Assembly: GCA_963737445.1 (NCBI GenBank) | Contig: CAVTSO010000013.1 | Coordinates: forward strand, 24,756-88,755 | Origin: an uncultured Actinomycetes bacterium | Lineage (GTDB): Bacteria > Actinomycetota > Thermoleophilia > Gaiellales > JAICJC01 | Reading direction: 5' to 3' | Length of the DNA: 64,000 nt | In this document: positions 26,099-34,164 of the stretch, piece by piece | How the letters are laid out: every line of letters begins with the position of its first letter | Position numbering within the stretch: the first letter of the stretch is position 1 | The notes under the pieces: generated by a model | What the model saw: only the letters and a program-made list of their open reading frames with translations | What the model was told of the DNA's origin: nothing | The model's database searches: none | Position numbers and translations under genes: made by a program

Positions 26099-28194
26099 TG
26101 GGCCGGGAGCACCGTCACGACATCCTGTTCGAGCCGGTGCGGATCGGGCCGAAGACGCTGCGCAACCGGTTCTACCAGGTGCCTCACTGCACCGGCTTCG
26201 GGGTCGAGAAGCCGTGGACGCAGGCGGCGTTCCGAGGGATGAAGGCGGAGGGCGGCTGGGCGGCGGTGTGCACCGAGTACTGCTCGATCAGCCCCGAGTC
26301 CGACGAGACGCCCTACGTGTCGGCGCGGCTGTGGGATGACGAGGACATGCGGGCGCTGCAGATGATGACCGACTGCGCGCACTCCCACGGCGCGCTGGCC
26401 GGGGTCGAGCTGTGGCACGGCGGCGTCTACGCCGAGGGCCGCGAGTCGCGGCTGCCGCAGCTGGCGCCGTCGCAGATCAGCAGCGACCTGGACAGCGTTG
26501 TGGTGCCAAAGACGATGGAGCCGGCCGACATCCGGCGCGCGCAGGGGGAGTGGGTCGCGGCCGCGAAGCGGGCACGCGGCGCCGGGTTCGACATCATCTA
26601 CGTGTACGGGTCACATACCTACCTGCCCACGCAGTTCCTGTCGCCGGTGTACAACCGGCGCACCGACGCATACGGCGGCAGCTTCGAGAACCGCGCGCGC
26701 TTCTGGTTGGAGGCGATCGAGCTGGTCAAGGAGGCGGTCGGCGACGACGTCGCGATCGCCGTGCGGATCGCCGCCGATTCCCTGGAGCTGTCCGGGGTCC
26801 CGATCGAGGAGGGGCTCGAGTTCATCCGCGCGGCCGACCCGATGGTCGACCTATGGGACGTGGTGATCGGCTCGATGTGGGGGGCGGGACGGCTCGACTC
26901 GGGCCCCTCGCGGTTCTTCGACCAGGGCTACCAGATGACCTGGTCGGGCCGGGCCCGCGAGGCGACCGAGAAGCCGATCGTGGTGGTGGGCAGGTTCACC
27001 GACCCCGACCGGATGGCGAACCTGGTGCGTGGCGGCACAGTCGACCTGATCGGCGCGGCGCGGCCGTCGATCTCGGACCCGTTCCTGCCGGAGAAGATCG
27101 AGCAGGGACGCTACGACGAGATCCGCGAGTGCATCGGCTGCAACGCCTGCTACTCGCGGTCGATCTGGGGCCGGCATCTGGGCTGCACGCAGAACGCCAC
27201 CGCAGGCGAGGAGTACCGGCGCGGGTGGCATCCGGAGCGGTTCGATCACGCCGAGAACGCCGACCGGTCGGTGCTGGTGGTGGGCGCCGGCCCGGCCGGC
27301 ATGGAGTGCACCACGGTGCTGGGCAAGCGCGGCATGGAGCTGGTGCACCTGGTGGACGGGGCCGACGACATCGGTGGCTGCATGAGCTGGATCACGCGCA
27401 TGCCGGGACTCGGGACGTGGGGCCACGTGATTGACTACCGGCGTGCACAGATGGACCGGCTGGACAACGTCTCGCTGGGGCTCGGCACGCGGCTGTCGGC
27501 GGCCGACGTGCTCGACTACGGCGCCCAGATCGTGATCGTGGCGACTGGTTCGCACTGGGCCGGAGACGGCATCAGCGGTGTCACGCGGCTGCCGATTCCC
27601 GGCGCGGATGCCACGCTGCCCCACGTGCTGACGCCGGAGCAGGTGATGGTCGAGGGCAAGCGCCCGCCCGGCAGCCGGGTGGCGGTCGTCGACTACGAGG
27701 GCTACTTCGTCGGTTCGGCGCTGGCCGAGCAGCTGCGCAGCGACGGTTACGAGGTCGAGTTCGTGACAAGCCACGAGGCGGTCGCGCCCTACTGCGATCA
27801 GACGCTCGAGGGCCGGCCGGTGCGGGAGCGGCTGAACGCGATCCGGGTGCCGGTGCACCGGGCGGTGGTGGTCGACCGGATCGACGAGGGCGGGATCGAC
27901 CTGGTGGGCGAGTTCCAGGCCACGTCGCGGCTGGCGGTGGACGGCGTGGTGCTGGTCACGCAGCGGCTCTCGGACGAGGCCCTGTACCGCGAGCTGGCGG
28001 GCGACCCGGCCGCCCTCGAGGCGGCCGGGATCGAGGCGGTCTACCGGATCGGCGACTGCGTCGCACCGCGCCTGATCGCGGACGCGATCTTCGACGGCCA
28101 CCGCCTGGCTCGCGAGATCGACTCGCCCGACCCGGAGCGTCCGTTGCCCTACCTACGCGAGCGGCCGCTGATGGCGGGAACGCCGGCCGGCTGA
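26098..28194 (+). CDS. trimethylamine/dimethylamine dehydrogenase-family (DgcA-like) FMN/4Fe-4S/ADP-binding flavoprotein
   Basis: N-terminal OYE-like TIM barrel with YQVPHC, which aligns with the Cys of 6-S-cysteinyl-FMN in TMADH. Cys cluster CIGCNACYSR...C followed by VLVVGAGPAG. The ATG overlaps the MttB1 stop (TGATG). Confidence 0.85.
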   Translation: MGREHRHDILFEPVRIGPKTLRNRFYQVPHCTGFGVEKPWTQAAFRGMKAEGGWAAVCTEYCSISPESDETPYVSARLWDDEDMRALQMMTDCAHSHGALAGVELWHGGVYAEGRESRLPQLAPSQISSDLDSVVVPKTMEPADIRRAQGEWVAAAKRARGAGFDIIYVYGSHTYLPTQFLSPVYNRRTDAYGGSFENRARFWLEAIELVKEAVGDDVAIAVRIAADSLELSGVPIEEGLEFIRAADPMVDLWDVVIGSMWGAGRLDSGPSRFFDQGYQMTWSGRAREATEKPIVVVGRFTDPDRMANLVRGGTVDLIGAARPSISDPFLPEKIEQGRYDEIRECIGCNACYSRSIWGRHLGCTQNATAGEEYRRGWHPERFDHAENADRSVLVVGAGPAGMECTTVLGKRGMELVHLVDGADDIGGCMSWITRMPGLGTWGHVIDYRRAQMDRLDNVSLGLGTRLSAADVLDYGAQIVIVATGSHWAGDGISGVTRLPIPGADATLPHVLTPEQVMVEGKRPPGSRVAVVDYEGYFVGSALAEQLRSDGYEVEFVTSHEAVAPYCDQTLEGRPVRERLNAIRVPVHRAVVVDRIDEGGIDLVGEFQATSRLAVDGVVLVTQRLSDEALYRELAGDPAALEAAGIEAVYRIGDCVAPRLIADAIFDGHRLAREIDSPDPERPLPYLRERPLMAGTPAG

Positions 28195-28438
28195 CCCGTC
28201 ACGGTTCCGTCACGATCTCGCAACGCCGCGGCCAGCCGGGGAGGTGTCAAACACCGAAACGGCGGCCGTTGCAGAGGCGGGGGGTTGCCGTTGCGAAGGT
28301 CACGGGTCTGTGACTGGTGCGCCGGTGGTTGTCACGGGCGGCGTGACCTGGCCGCGATGGTGGCGTGGTGGTTCCTGTGCCCCGGCGTTGCGAAGCGGGG
28401 CATTTCGTGCGCAACGGATCGGTCGCGGCGGCGTGACG

Positions 28439-29254
28439 TCAGCTGGGCGTGATGCCGAGCCGGATCGTGTAGCCGATCAGCATCGGCCGCGGCTCGGGCA
28501 GCCGTTCCCGGGCGATGCGCATGAGCGCGTCCATCGTCTCCTCCAGCTCGGGCGCGCGGCCGTCGAAGATCGCGGTGGGGCCGCCCAGCGAGTGGGCGAG
28601 GTCGATCACCGCTTCCGCGTGGGCCGTCGTCTTGGCGTGGCAGTGCACCTCGCGTGCGAAGGCGAACAGCCCGCTCTCGCGCAGGCGGGCCACGTGCTCG
28701 CACTTCGGCCACTGCGACGCCCCGGCGTGGATGCCCAGCCGCTCCCGCGCCGCCCAGCGCACGTCGATCACCGCCGCGAAAGCCGCGTCGACCTGCGGCT
28801 CGATCACCGGCACGACGTCGTAGTCGTACGCGCCGAACACGCCGCCGGGACGGAGCACCCGCGCAACCTCCGGCAGCACCGCGCCCGGGTCCATCCAGTG
28901 AAACGACTGCGCGCAGGTGACGATGTCGGCCGAGCCGGCCTCGAGGCCGGTCGCGTCGGCGTAGGCCTCCGCGAACGTGACGTTGGCGTCGGCGGTCGTC
29001 GATCGCGCCCGGGCCAGCATCGCCGGGTTCGCCTCCACGCCGACCACCCTCTCGGCGCGGGCTGCCCAGGCTCGGCTCGAGAGCCCCGTTCCGCTGCCCA
29101 GGTCGACAACGAGCCTCGGCCGGCCACCCGCGCAGCGTGTCAGCACGTCGAGCACGACCGCCGGAGGACTGGGACGGGCGCCGTCGTAATGGTCGGCGAA
29201 CCCCTCGTTCGCGTACCCCGACCGCCCTATCAGATCGCGCGAGAAGGTGCTCAC
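28439..29254 (-). CDS. class I SAM-dependent methyltransferase
   Basis: Motif I VVDLGSGTGLSS and post-I/II motifs (..IVTCAQSFHWMD...LRPGGVF). Confidence 0.8.
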   Translation of the reverse strand: MSTFSRDLIGRSGYANEGFADHYDGARPSPPAVVLDVLTRCAGGRPRLVVDLGSGTGLSSRAWAARAERVVGVEANPAMLARARSTTADANVTFAEAYADATGLEAGSADIVTCAQSFHWMDPGAVLPEVARVLRPGGVFGAYDYDVVPVIEPQVDAAFAAVIDVRWAARERLGIHAGASQWPKCEHVARLRESGLFAFAREVHCHAKTTAHAEAVIDLAHSLGGPTAIFDGRAPELEETMDALMRIARERLPEPRPMLIGYTIRLGITPS

Positions 29255-29284
29255 ACAGTAATGCTAGACGGCCACTAGGATCCG

Positions 29285-29572
29285 GTGATGGCGGAGTACC
29301 GGATCACCTACTGGCGCGAGATCCCCTCGATGGTGACCGCCCGCGACGGTGCGGCCACGTCCAAGGCGGCGCTGCCCGGCCGCTTCCAGGAGGCCATCGA
29401 TGAGGCCGCCATGCGCCAGGGCATGGTCGGCTCCGACGCCTACCTGGAGCAGTGGCATCATGGAGAATGGGAGCGGGCGGACGGAACGCCCGACGAGCTG
29501 GTCGCCACTCTGTCGGAGCGGCTCGACAACGACTACGACGCGGCGCGCCTGGAATCGCTGCTGGAGGTGTGA
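29285..29572 (+). CDS. small protein, probably of the 'virulence factor' (PF13769-like) family that accompanies methyltransferase operons
   Basis: YRITYWREIPSMVTARDG...FQEAIDEAAM. Its stop overlaps the next start (TGATG). The family assignment is from memory and is tentative. Confidence 0.5.
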   Translation: MMAEYRITYWREIPSMVTARDGAATSKAALPGRFQEAIDEAAMRQGMVGSDAYLEQWHHGEWERADGTPDELVATLSERLDNDYDAARLESLLEV

Positions 29573-30465
29573 TGGGACAGATCGCGACACTGCTGGGAGA
29601 CACCCGGCCGGCGCTCAGCGACGGCGCCATCGGCACCATGCTGCAGGCGGCCGGTCTCATGCCCGGCGCCTCGCCCGAGATCTGGAACGTCGAGCGCGCC
29701 GATGCCATGCGCGTGATCCACACCGCCTACGCCGATGCCGGGGCGCGTCTGCTCACCACGAACACCTTCGGCGGCACCCGCCCCCGCCTCGCCCTGCACG
29801 GCCACGAGGATCGCGTGCACGAGCTGAACGAGGCCGGAGCCCGCATCGCCCGCGACGTGGCCGACGCCTGCGGTGCGCTGGTGCTCGGCAGCATCGGCCC
29901 TACCGGCGACCTGATGGAGCCGCTGGGGCTGCTCGGCCACAACGACGCCGTCGACCTGTTCGCCGAGCAGGCCGGCGGCCTGGCCGCCGGCGGCGCCCAC
30001 ATCCTGCTGTTCGAGACGTTCAGCGATCTGGGCGAGGTGCGGGCCGGCGTCGAGGGTGCGCGCCGTGCCGCACCCGACGTGCCCGTGGCCGTGACCATGA
30101 CCTTCGACCTGAAGGGCCATACGATGATGGGCGTCAGCCCGTCGCAGGCGCTGGCCGAGATATCCGCGCTCGATGTCGAGCTGATCGGCGGGAACTGCGG
30201 CAGCGGGCCCGACGAGATCGAGGCGGTGATGGTGACCATGTCCGCCGAGCGTCCGGACGGCGTGCTGCTGCTCGCCCAGAGCAACGCCGGCCTGCCGCAG
30301 CTGGTCGGCGACGAGTTCCGCTACGGCGGCACGCCCGAGGTGATGGCCGACTACGCCCTGCGCATGCAGGAGCTGGGTGTCGATGTGATCGGCTCATGCT
30401 GCGGCAGCACGCCGTCGCACACGGCAGCGATGCGCGAGGCGCTCGGCCTGCACGTGCAGACCTAG
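29572..30465 (+). CDS. homocysteine S-methyltransferase domain protein (stand-alone MetH N-terminal-like module)
   Basis: DGAIGTMLQ...TNTFGG...ETFSDL...GGNCGSGP...GSCCGSTP. The Zn-binding Cys, Cys-Cys pattern of the Hcy-binding barrel is present. Confidence 0.8.
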   Translation: MGQIATLLGDTRPALSDGAIGTMLQAAGLMPGASPEIWNVERADAMRVIHTAYADAGARLLTTNTFGGTRPRLALHGHEDRVHELNEAGARIARDVADACGALVLGSIGPTGDLMEPLGLLGHNDAVDLFAEQAGGLAAGGAHILLFETFSDLGEVRAGVEGARRAAPDVPVAVTMTFDLKGHTMMGVSPSQALAEISALDVELIGGNCGSGPDEIEAVMVTMSAERPDGVLLLAQSNAGLPQLVGDEFRYGGTPEVMADYALRMQELGVDVIGSCCGSTPSHTAAMREALGLHVQT

Positions 30466-30481
30466 CCTGATCAACCATCTA
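30466..30481. repeat. solo copy of the GATGGTTGATC terminal motif, on the minus strand directly after the ferredoxin stop
   Basis: CCTGATCAACCATCTA matches 13 of 15 positions of the right terminus of the element at 41250-41264. Confidence 0.4.
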
Positions 30482-30667
30482 GCCCTCGATCGTGATCGAC
30501 ATGGTCGGGCACGCGTCCGCGGCCGCCTCCACGTCGTCGCGCAGCGCCTCGTCCACGTCCGCCTGATAGCGCAGTAGCTGCGGCGACACCAGCTGGAACA
30601 CCTCCGGGCACTCGATCATGCACTGCCCGTGGTGTTGGCAGGTCTGCTCGTCGACCACCACCCTCAT
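30479..30667 (-). CDS. small ferredoxin (P450-associated type)
   Basis: 62 aa, MRVVVDEQTCQHHGQCMIECPEVF...ADACP. The ATG overlaps the P450 stop (ATGA). Confidence 0.75.
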   Translation of the reverse strand: MRVVVDEQTCQHHGQCMIECPEVFQLVSPQLLRYQADVDEALRDDVEAAADACPTMSITIEG

Positions 30668-31881
30668 CCCACGACCTCCCGGTCGAACGCGATCGGCAGC
30701 TCCACCGGCCCCGTCAGCCCGCTCACCGGCCGCACCACCGGCTCCGCGGTGTAGCGCGGGTTCGGCATCCGGCGCGCGATCAGCGGCAGCGCCTCGCGCA
30801 TGTCGATCCGCGCCAGCCAGTGCCCGATGCAGTGGTGCGCGCCACCGCCGAACCCGAAGTGCGGCGGCCGCTCGGCCGTGATGTCGAACCGCCCGCCCTC
30901 GCCCACCGCCAGCGGGTCGGTGTTGGCGGGGTACGACAGCAGGTGCAGCGTCGTGCCCTCCGGCAGCGCCAGCCCGCCGAACTCCATGTCCTCCGTGGTG
31001 CGACGCGTCGCCCACATCACCGTCGGGTTCCAGCGGATCAGCTCCTCGACCGCGTTCGGCGCCAGCTCCGGCCGCTCGGCCAGAAGCGCGCACTGGTCGG
31101 GGTGCTCGACGAACAGCTGCATCGCCAGCCCCAGCTGGTTCTTGGTCGTGTCCATCCCCCCGAACACGATCAGCGACACCATCGCCAGCAGTTCGATGTC
31201 CGACAGCGACCCCTCCTCGGCGTCGTGCGCCTGCACCAAACTCGAGACCACGTCGTCGCGCGGCCGCACCCGCCGGTCGGCGATCAGCTGCTCCGACACC
31301 GCGTACAGGTTCTGCAGCGCATCCTCGATTCGTCCCTGGTCTTCGCGGATCGTGACGCCGAACGACAGCCCCAGATCGGTCGACCATCGCGACAGGTCGT
31401 GCCAGCGCGCCTCGTCCATGCCGATCAGCTTGCACAGCACCCGCGCCGCGTAGGGCTCAGCGAACTGCGAGACGAACTCGCAGCCGCCCTCGGCCGCGTA
31501 CGCGTCGATCAGCTCGTCGGCCAGCGCCCGGAACTCCGGGCTCATCCGCTCGATCAGCGTCCGCGAGAAGGCCGGGTTGGCCAGCTTGCGCAGCCGCCGG
31601 TGGTCGTCGCCCTCCTTGCTGAGCATGATCTCGGCCCACCACTCCGATAGCAGCCCGTCTTCGATGCCGTTCTGGGCCGGCCAGGCGAAGCTGCCCTGCC
31701 GCAGCCGCCGGTCCTTCAGAAGCGCGCTCACCTCGTCGTAGCGGAGCACGGCCAGGCCGAAGTTGGTGCGCGCCCACCAGCTCTGCTCGCGCGCCGCCGC
31801 CACGGCCGCGGACGAGGCGGAGAAGAAGGGATCCGAGATGTCGAACGACGGGACGTCGGCGGTGTCGATCGAGAGCGTCAT
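30664..31881 (-). CDS. cytochrome P450
   Basis: Haem-thiolate loop FGFGGGAHHCIGHWLA, an EELIRW (ExxR) motif and an I-helix-like FGGMDTT. Confidence 0.9.
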   Translation of the reverse strand: MTLSIDTADVPSFDISDPFFSASSAAVAAAREQSWWARTNFGLAVLRYDEVSALLKDRRLRQGSFAWPAQNGIEDGLLSEWWAEIMLSKEGDDHRRLRKLANPAFSRTLIERMSPEFRALADELIDAYAAEGGCEFVSQFAEPYAARVLCKLIGMDEARWHDLSRWSTDLGLSFGVTIREDQGRIEDALQNLYAVSEQLIADRRVRPRDDVVSSLVQAHDAEEGSLSDIELLAMVSLIVFGGMDTTKNQLGLAMQLFVEHPDQCALLAERPELAPNAVEELIRWNPTVMWATRRTTEDMEFGGLALPEGTTLHLLSYPANTDPLAVGEGGRFDITAERPPHFGFGGGAHHCIGHWLARIDMREALPLIARRMPNPRYTAEPVVRPVSGLTGPVELPIAFDREVVG

Positions 31882-31897
31882 GCCCCGGGATTCTGCC

Positions 31898-33337
31898 TCA
31901 GTCGCCGAGCTCTTTCCGGCGCCGGGTGACGAAGTCGGTAAGCTCCTGGCGCAGCTCCGGGTCGATCGCGGGCGGCTCGTACTGCTCCAGCCGCTCGCGC
32001 CAGATCTCGCCGGCCCGCTCCGTCGCGTCCCGCTCGCCCAGCCGCTTCCAGCGCTCGAAGTTCTCTGTCGACGACAGCAGCGGCCGGTAGAAGCAGTCGC
32101 GGAACCGCTCCAGCGTGTGCGCCGCGCCCAGGAAGTGCCCGCCCGGGCCCACCTCCTCGTGCGCCCCGAATGCGAGCGAGGCCTCGTCCACCTCGAGCGG
32201 GGTGAACTCGACCTTCAGCATCCGCAGCACCTCGATGTCGACGATGAACTTCTCGTAGCACGAGACCAGGCCGGACTCCAGCCAGCCGGCCGAGTGCATG
32301 ACCCAGTTGGTGCCGGCCAGGAAGGTCGGGATCATGGTCATGCAGGCCTCGTAGGCCGACTGCGCGTCCACGGTCTGGCTGGACGTGAAGCCGCCGCCGG
32401 ACCGCCACGGCAGGCCGAAGTGGCGGGCGATCTGGCCGGTGCAGAACAGGCCTGTCGCCGACTCCGGGGTGCCGAAGCTGGGCGACCCCGACTGCATGTC
32501 GGTGTTCGAGAGGAACGACCCGAAGATCACCGGCGCGCCCGGCCGCAGCAGCTGCGCCAGCGCGATCCCCGCCAGCGCCTCGGCCATCTGCTGGACGAGC
32601 GTCGCCGGGATCGTTACCGGCGACATCGCGCCCATCAGCAGGAACGGCGTGATCACGACCGGCTGGCCGGCGCGCACGTACTCGAACATGGCCGCCAGCA
32701 TGCGGTCGTCGTAGCGCAGCGGCGAGTTGACGTTGATCAGCCCGATCACGCCCGGCGTGCGCTCGATCGACTCGCGTCCGCCGAGCAGCATCTCGGTCAT
32801 GCGCACCGAGTCGGCCGCGTTGGGCCCGGAGGTGACGGAGCCCATGTAGGGCTTGTCGGTCAGCGTCTGCAGCGCGAACACCATGTCCAGGTGGCGGGAG
32901 TCGAGCGGCCGGTCGTTGGGCTCGCAGATGGTGCCGCCGGCCGAGTCGAGCTCGTCGAACGACTGGGACAGCATGGTCAGCCGCTCGAAGTCCTGCATCG
33001 TGGCGTCGCGGCGGATGTCGCCCTCGCGCACGAACGGCGGCCCGTAGACCGACGCGAACGCCATGTGATCGCCGCCGATGTGGATGTTGTGCTCGGGGTT
33101 GCGGGCCTGCACGTCGAACTCGTGCGGCGCCTTCGCCACCTGTTCGAGCACGAAGTCGGGGTCGAGGAAGACCTTATCGCCGTCGGTCTTCTGGCCGGCC
33201 TTGGCGAACACCTCGACCGCCTCCGGCAGGATGAACTCGACGCCGATCTCCGAGACGATGCGCCGCCAGCCCCCGTCCAGGGTGGCGATCGCCTGCTCTG
33301 ACAGAATCTCGTAGCGCGGCATCCGGTTGACGAACAT
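31898..33337 (-). CDS. MttB-superfamily methyltransferase, non-pyrrolysine type (paralog 2)
   Basis: Full-length MttB-like sequence (..NVNSPLRYDDRMLAAMFEYVRAGQPVVITPFLLMGAMSPVT..FGTPES..) with no in-frame stop. I chose the ATG at 33337, which follows GGGAGAGGG. Confidence 0.85.
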   Translation of the reverse strand: MFVNRMPRYEILSEQAIATLDGGWRRIVSEIGVEFILPEAVEVFAKAGQKTDGDKVFLDPDFVLEQVAKAPHEFDVQARNPEHNIHIGGDHMAFASVYGPPFVREGDIRRDATMQDFERLTMLSQSFDELDSAGGTICEPNDRPLDSRHLDMVFALQTLTDKPYMGSVTSGPNAADSVRMTEMLLGGRESIERTPGVIGLINVNSPLRYDDRMLAAMFEYVRAGQPVVITPFLLMGAMSPVTIPATLVQQMAEALAGIALAQLLRPGAPVIFGSFLSNTDMQSGSPSFGTPESATGLFCTGQIARHFGLPWRSGGGFTSSQTVDAQSAYEACMTMIPTFLAGTNWVMHSAGWLESGLVSCYEKFIVDIEVLRMLKVEFTPLEVDEASLAFGAHEEVGPGGHFLGAAHTLERFRDCFYRPLLSSTENFERWKRLGERDATERAGEIWRERLEQYEPPAIDPELRQELTDFVTRRRKELGD

Positions 33338-33362
33338 TCGCCCTCTCCCTAAGATCTTGGTA

Positions 33363-33382
33363 TGTGGAACAATCGTTCCACA
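33363..33382. promoter_or_regulatory. palindrome TGTGGAAC-aatc-GTTCCACA in the 45-bp divergent region between MttB2 and the IclR gene (candidate IclR operator)
   Basis: Perfect 8-bp arms, read directly. It abuts or overlaps the IclR ATG (33382) and lies 26-45 bp upstream of the MttB2 ATG. Confidence 0.5.
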
Positions 33383-34164
33383 TGATGAGTCGAAAAGCAA
33401 TGACCGGAACCCAGGCGATAGATCGTGCCGCCCAGCTGCTCGTCCTCGTCGTCGAGAACGAGTCGTCGAGCAGCGTCGGCGAGCTGGCCGAGGCCGCCGG
33501 ACTCCCCAAGAGCACCGTGTCGCGCGCCGTGTCGGCGCTCGAGCGGCAGGGCCTGGTGCAGCGGAGCAGCGCCCGCGGCAGCATCCGCCCGGGGCCGGTG
33601 CTGCTGGGCCTGGCCCGGCGGGGCGTCGGCGAGGAGGACATCGCCGAGCTGTGCCGCGAGGCGCTCGACAACCTGGCCGACGCCACCGGCGAGACCATCG
33701 ACCTGGCGGTCGCCGTGCCGGGCGGCTCCGAGCAGTACATCGCCCAGGTCGACAGCCGCCACATCCTGGGCACCACCAACTGGGTGGGACGGCGCCTGCC
33801 CCACCACTGCACCGCGGTCGGCAAGGTGCTGGTCGCGTTCGGCGCGGCGGGCCTCCAGCGGGGCGCGCTGGAGCGGCTCACCCCCGACACCATCACCGAT
33901 CGCGACGCGCTGTCGGCAGAGCTGGATACGGTGCGGGTATGCGGATATGCGACCGCCGTGGGCGAGCTGGAGCCGGGCCTGGTGGCCGTTGCGGCGCCGG
34001 TGCTTGATGCCGATGGCCGGGCCGTGGCTGCGATCAGCATCTCGGGGCCGCAGTTCCGGATACCGAGCGATCGGCTGGACGGGTTTGGCAAACTCCTGAC
34101 GAAGGAGACGGAAACGCTTTCGGCGCGCCTGGGATTCCGGCCGGCCGGGGAGGGAGCAGCATGA
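33382..34164 (+). CDS. IclR family transcriptional regulator
   Basis: N-terminal HTH (VGELAEAAGLPKSTVSRAVSALERQGLV) and a C-terminal IclR effector domain (..GELEPGLVAVAAPVLDADGRAVAAISISGP). Confidence 0.85.
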   Translation: MMSRKAMTGTQAIDRAAQLLVLVVENESSSSVGELAEAAGLPKSTVSRAVSALERQGLVQRSSARGSIRPGPVLLGLARRGVGEEDIAELCREALDNLADATGETIDLAVAVPGGSEQYIAQVDSRHILGTTNWVGRRLPHHCTAVGKVLVAFGAAGLQRGALERLTPDTITDRDALSAELDTVRVCGYATAVGELEPGLVAVAAPVLDADGRAVAAISISGPQFRIPSDRLDGFGKLLTKETETLSARLGFRPAGEGAA

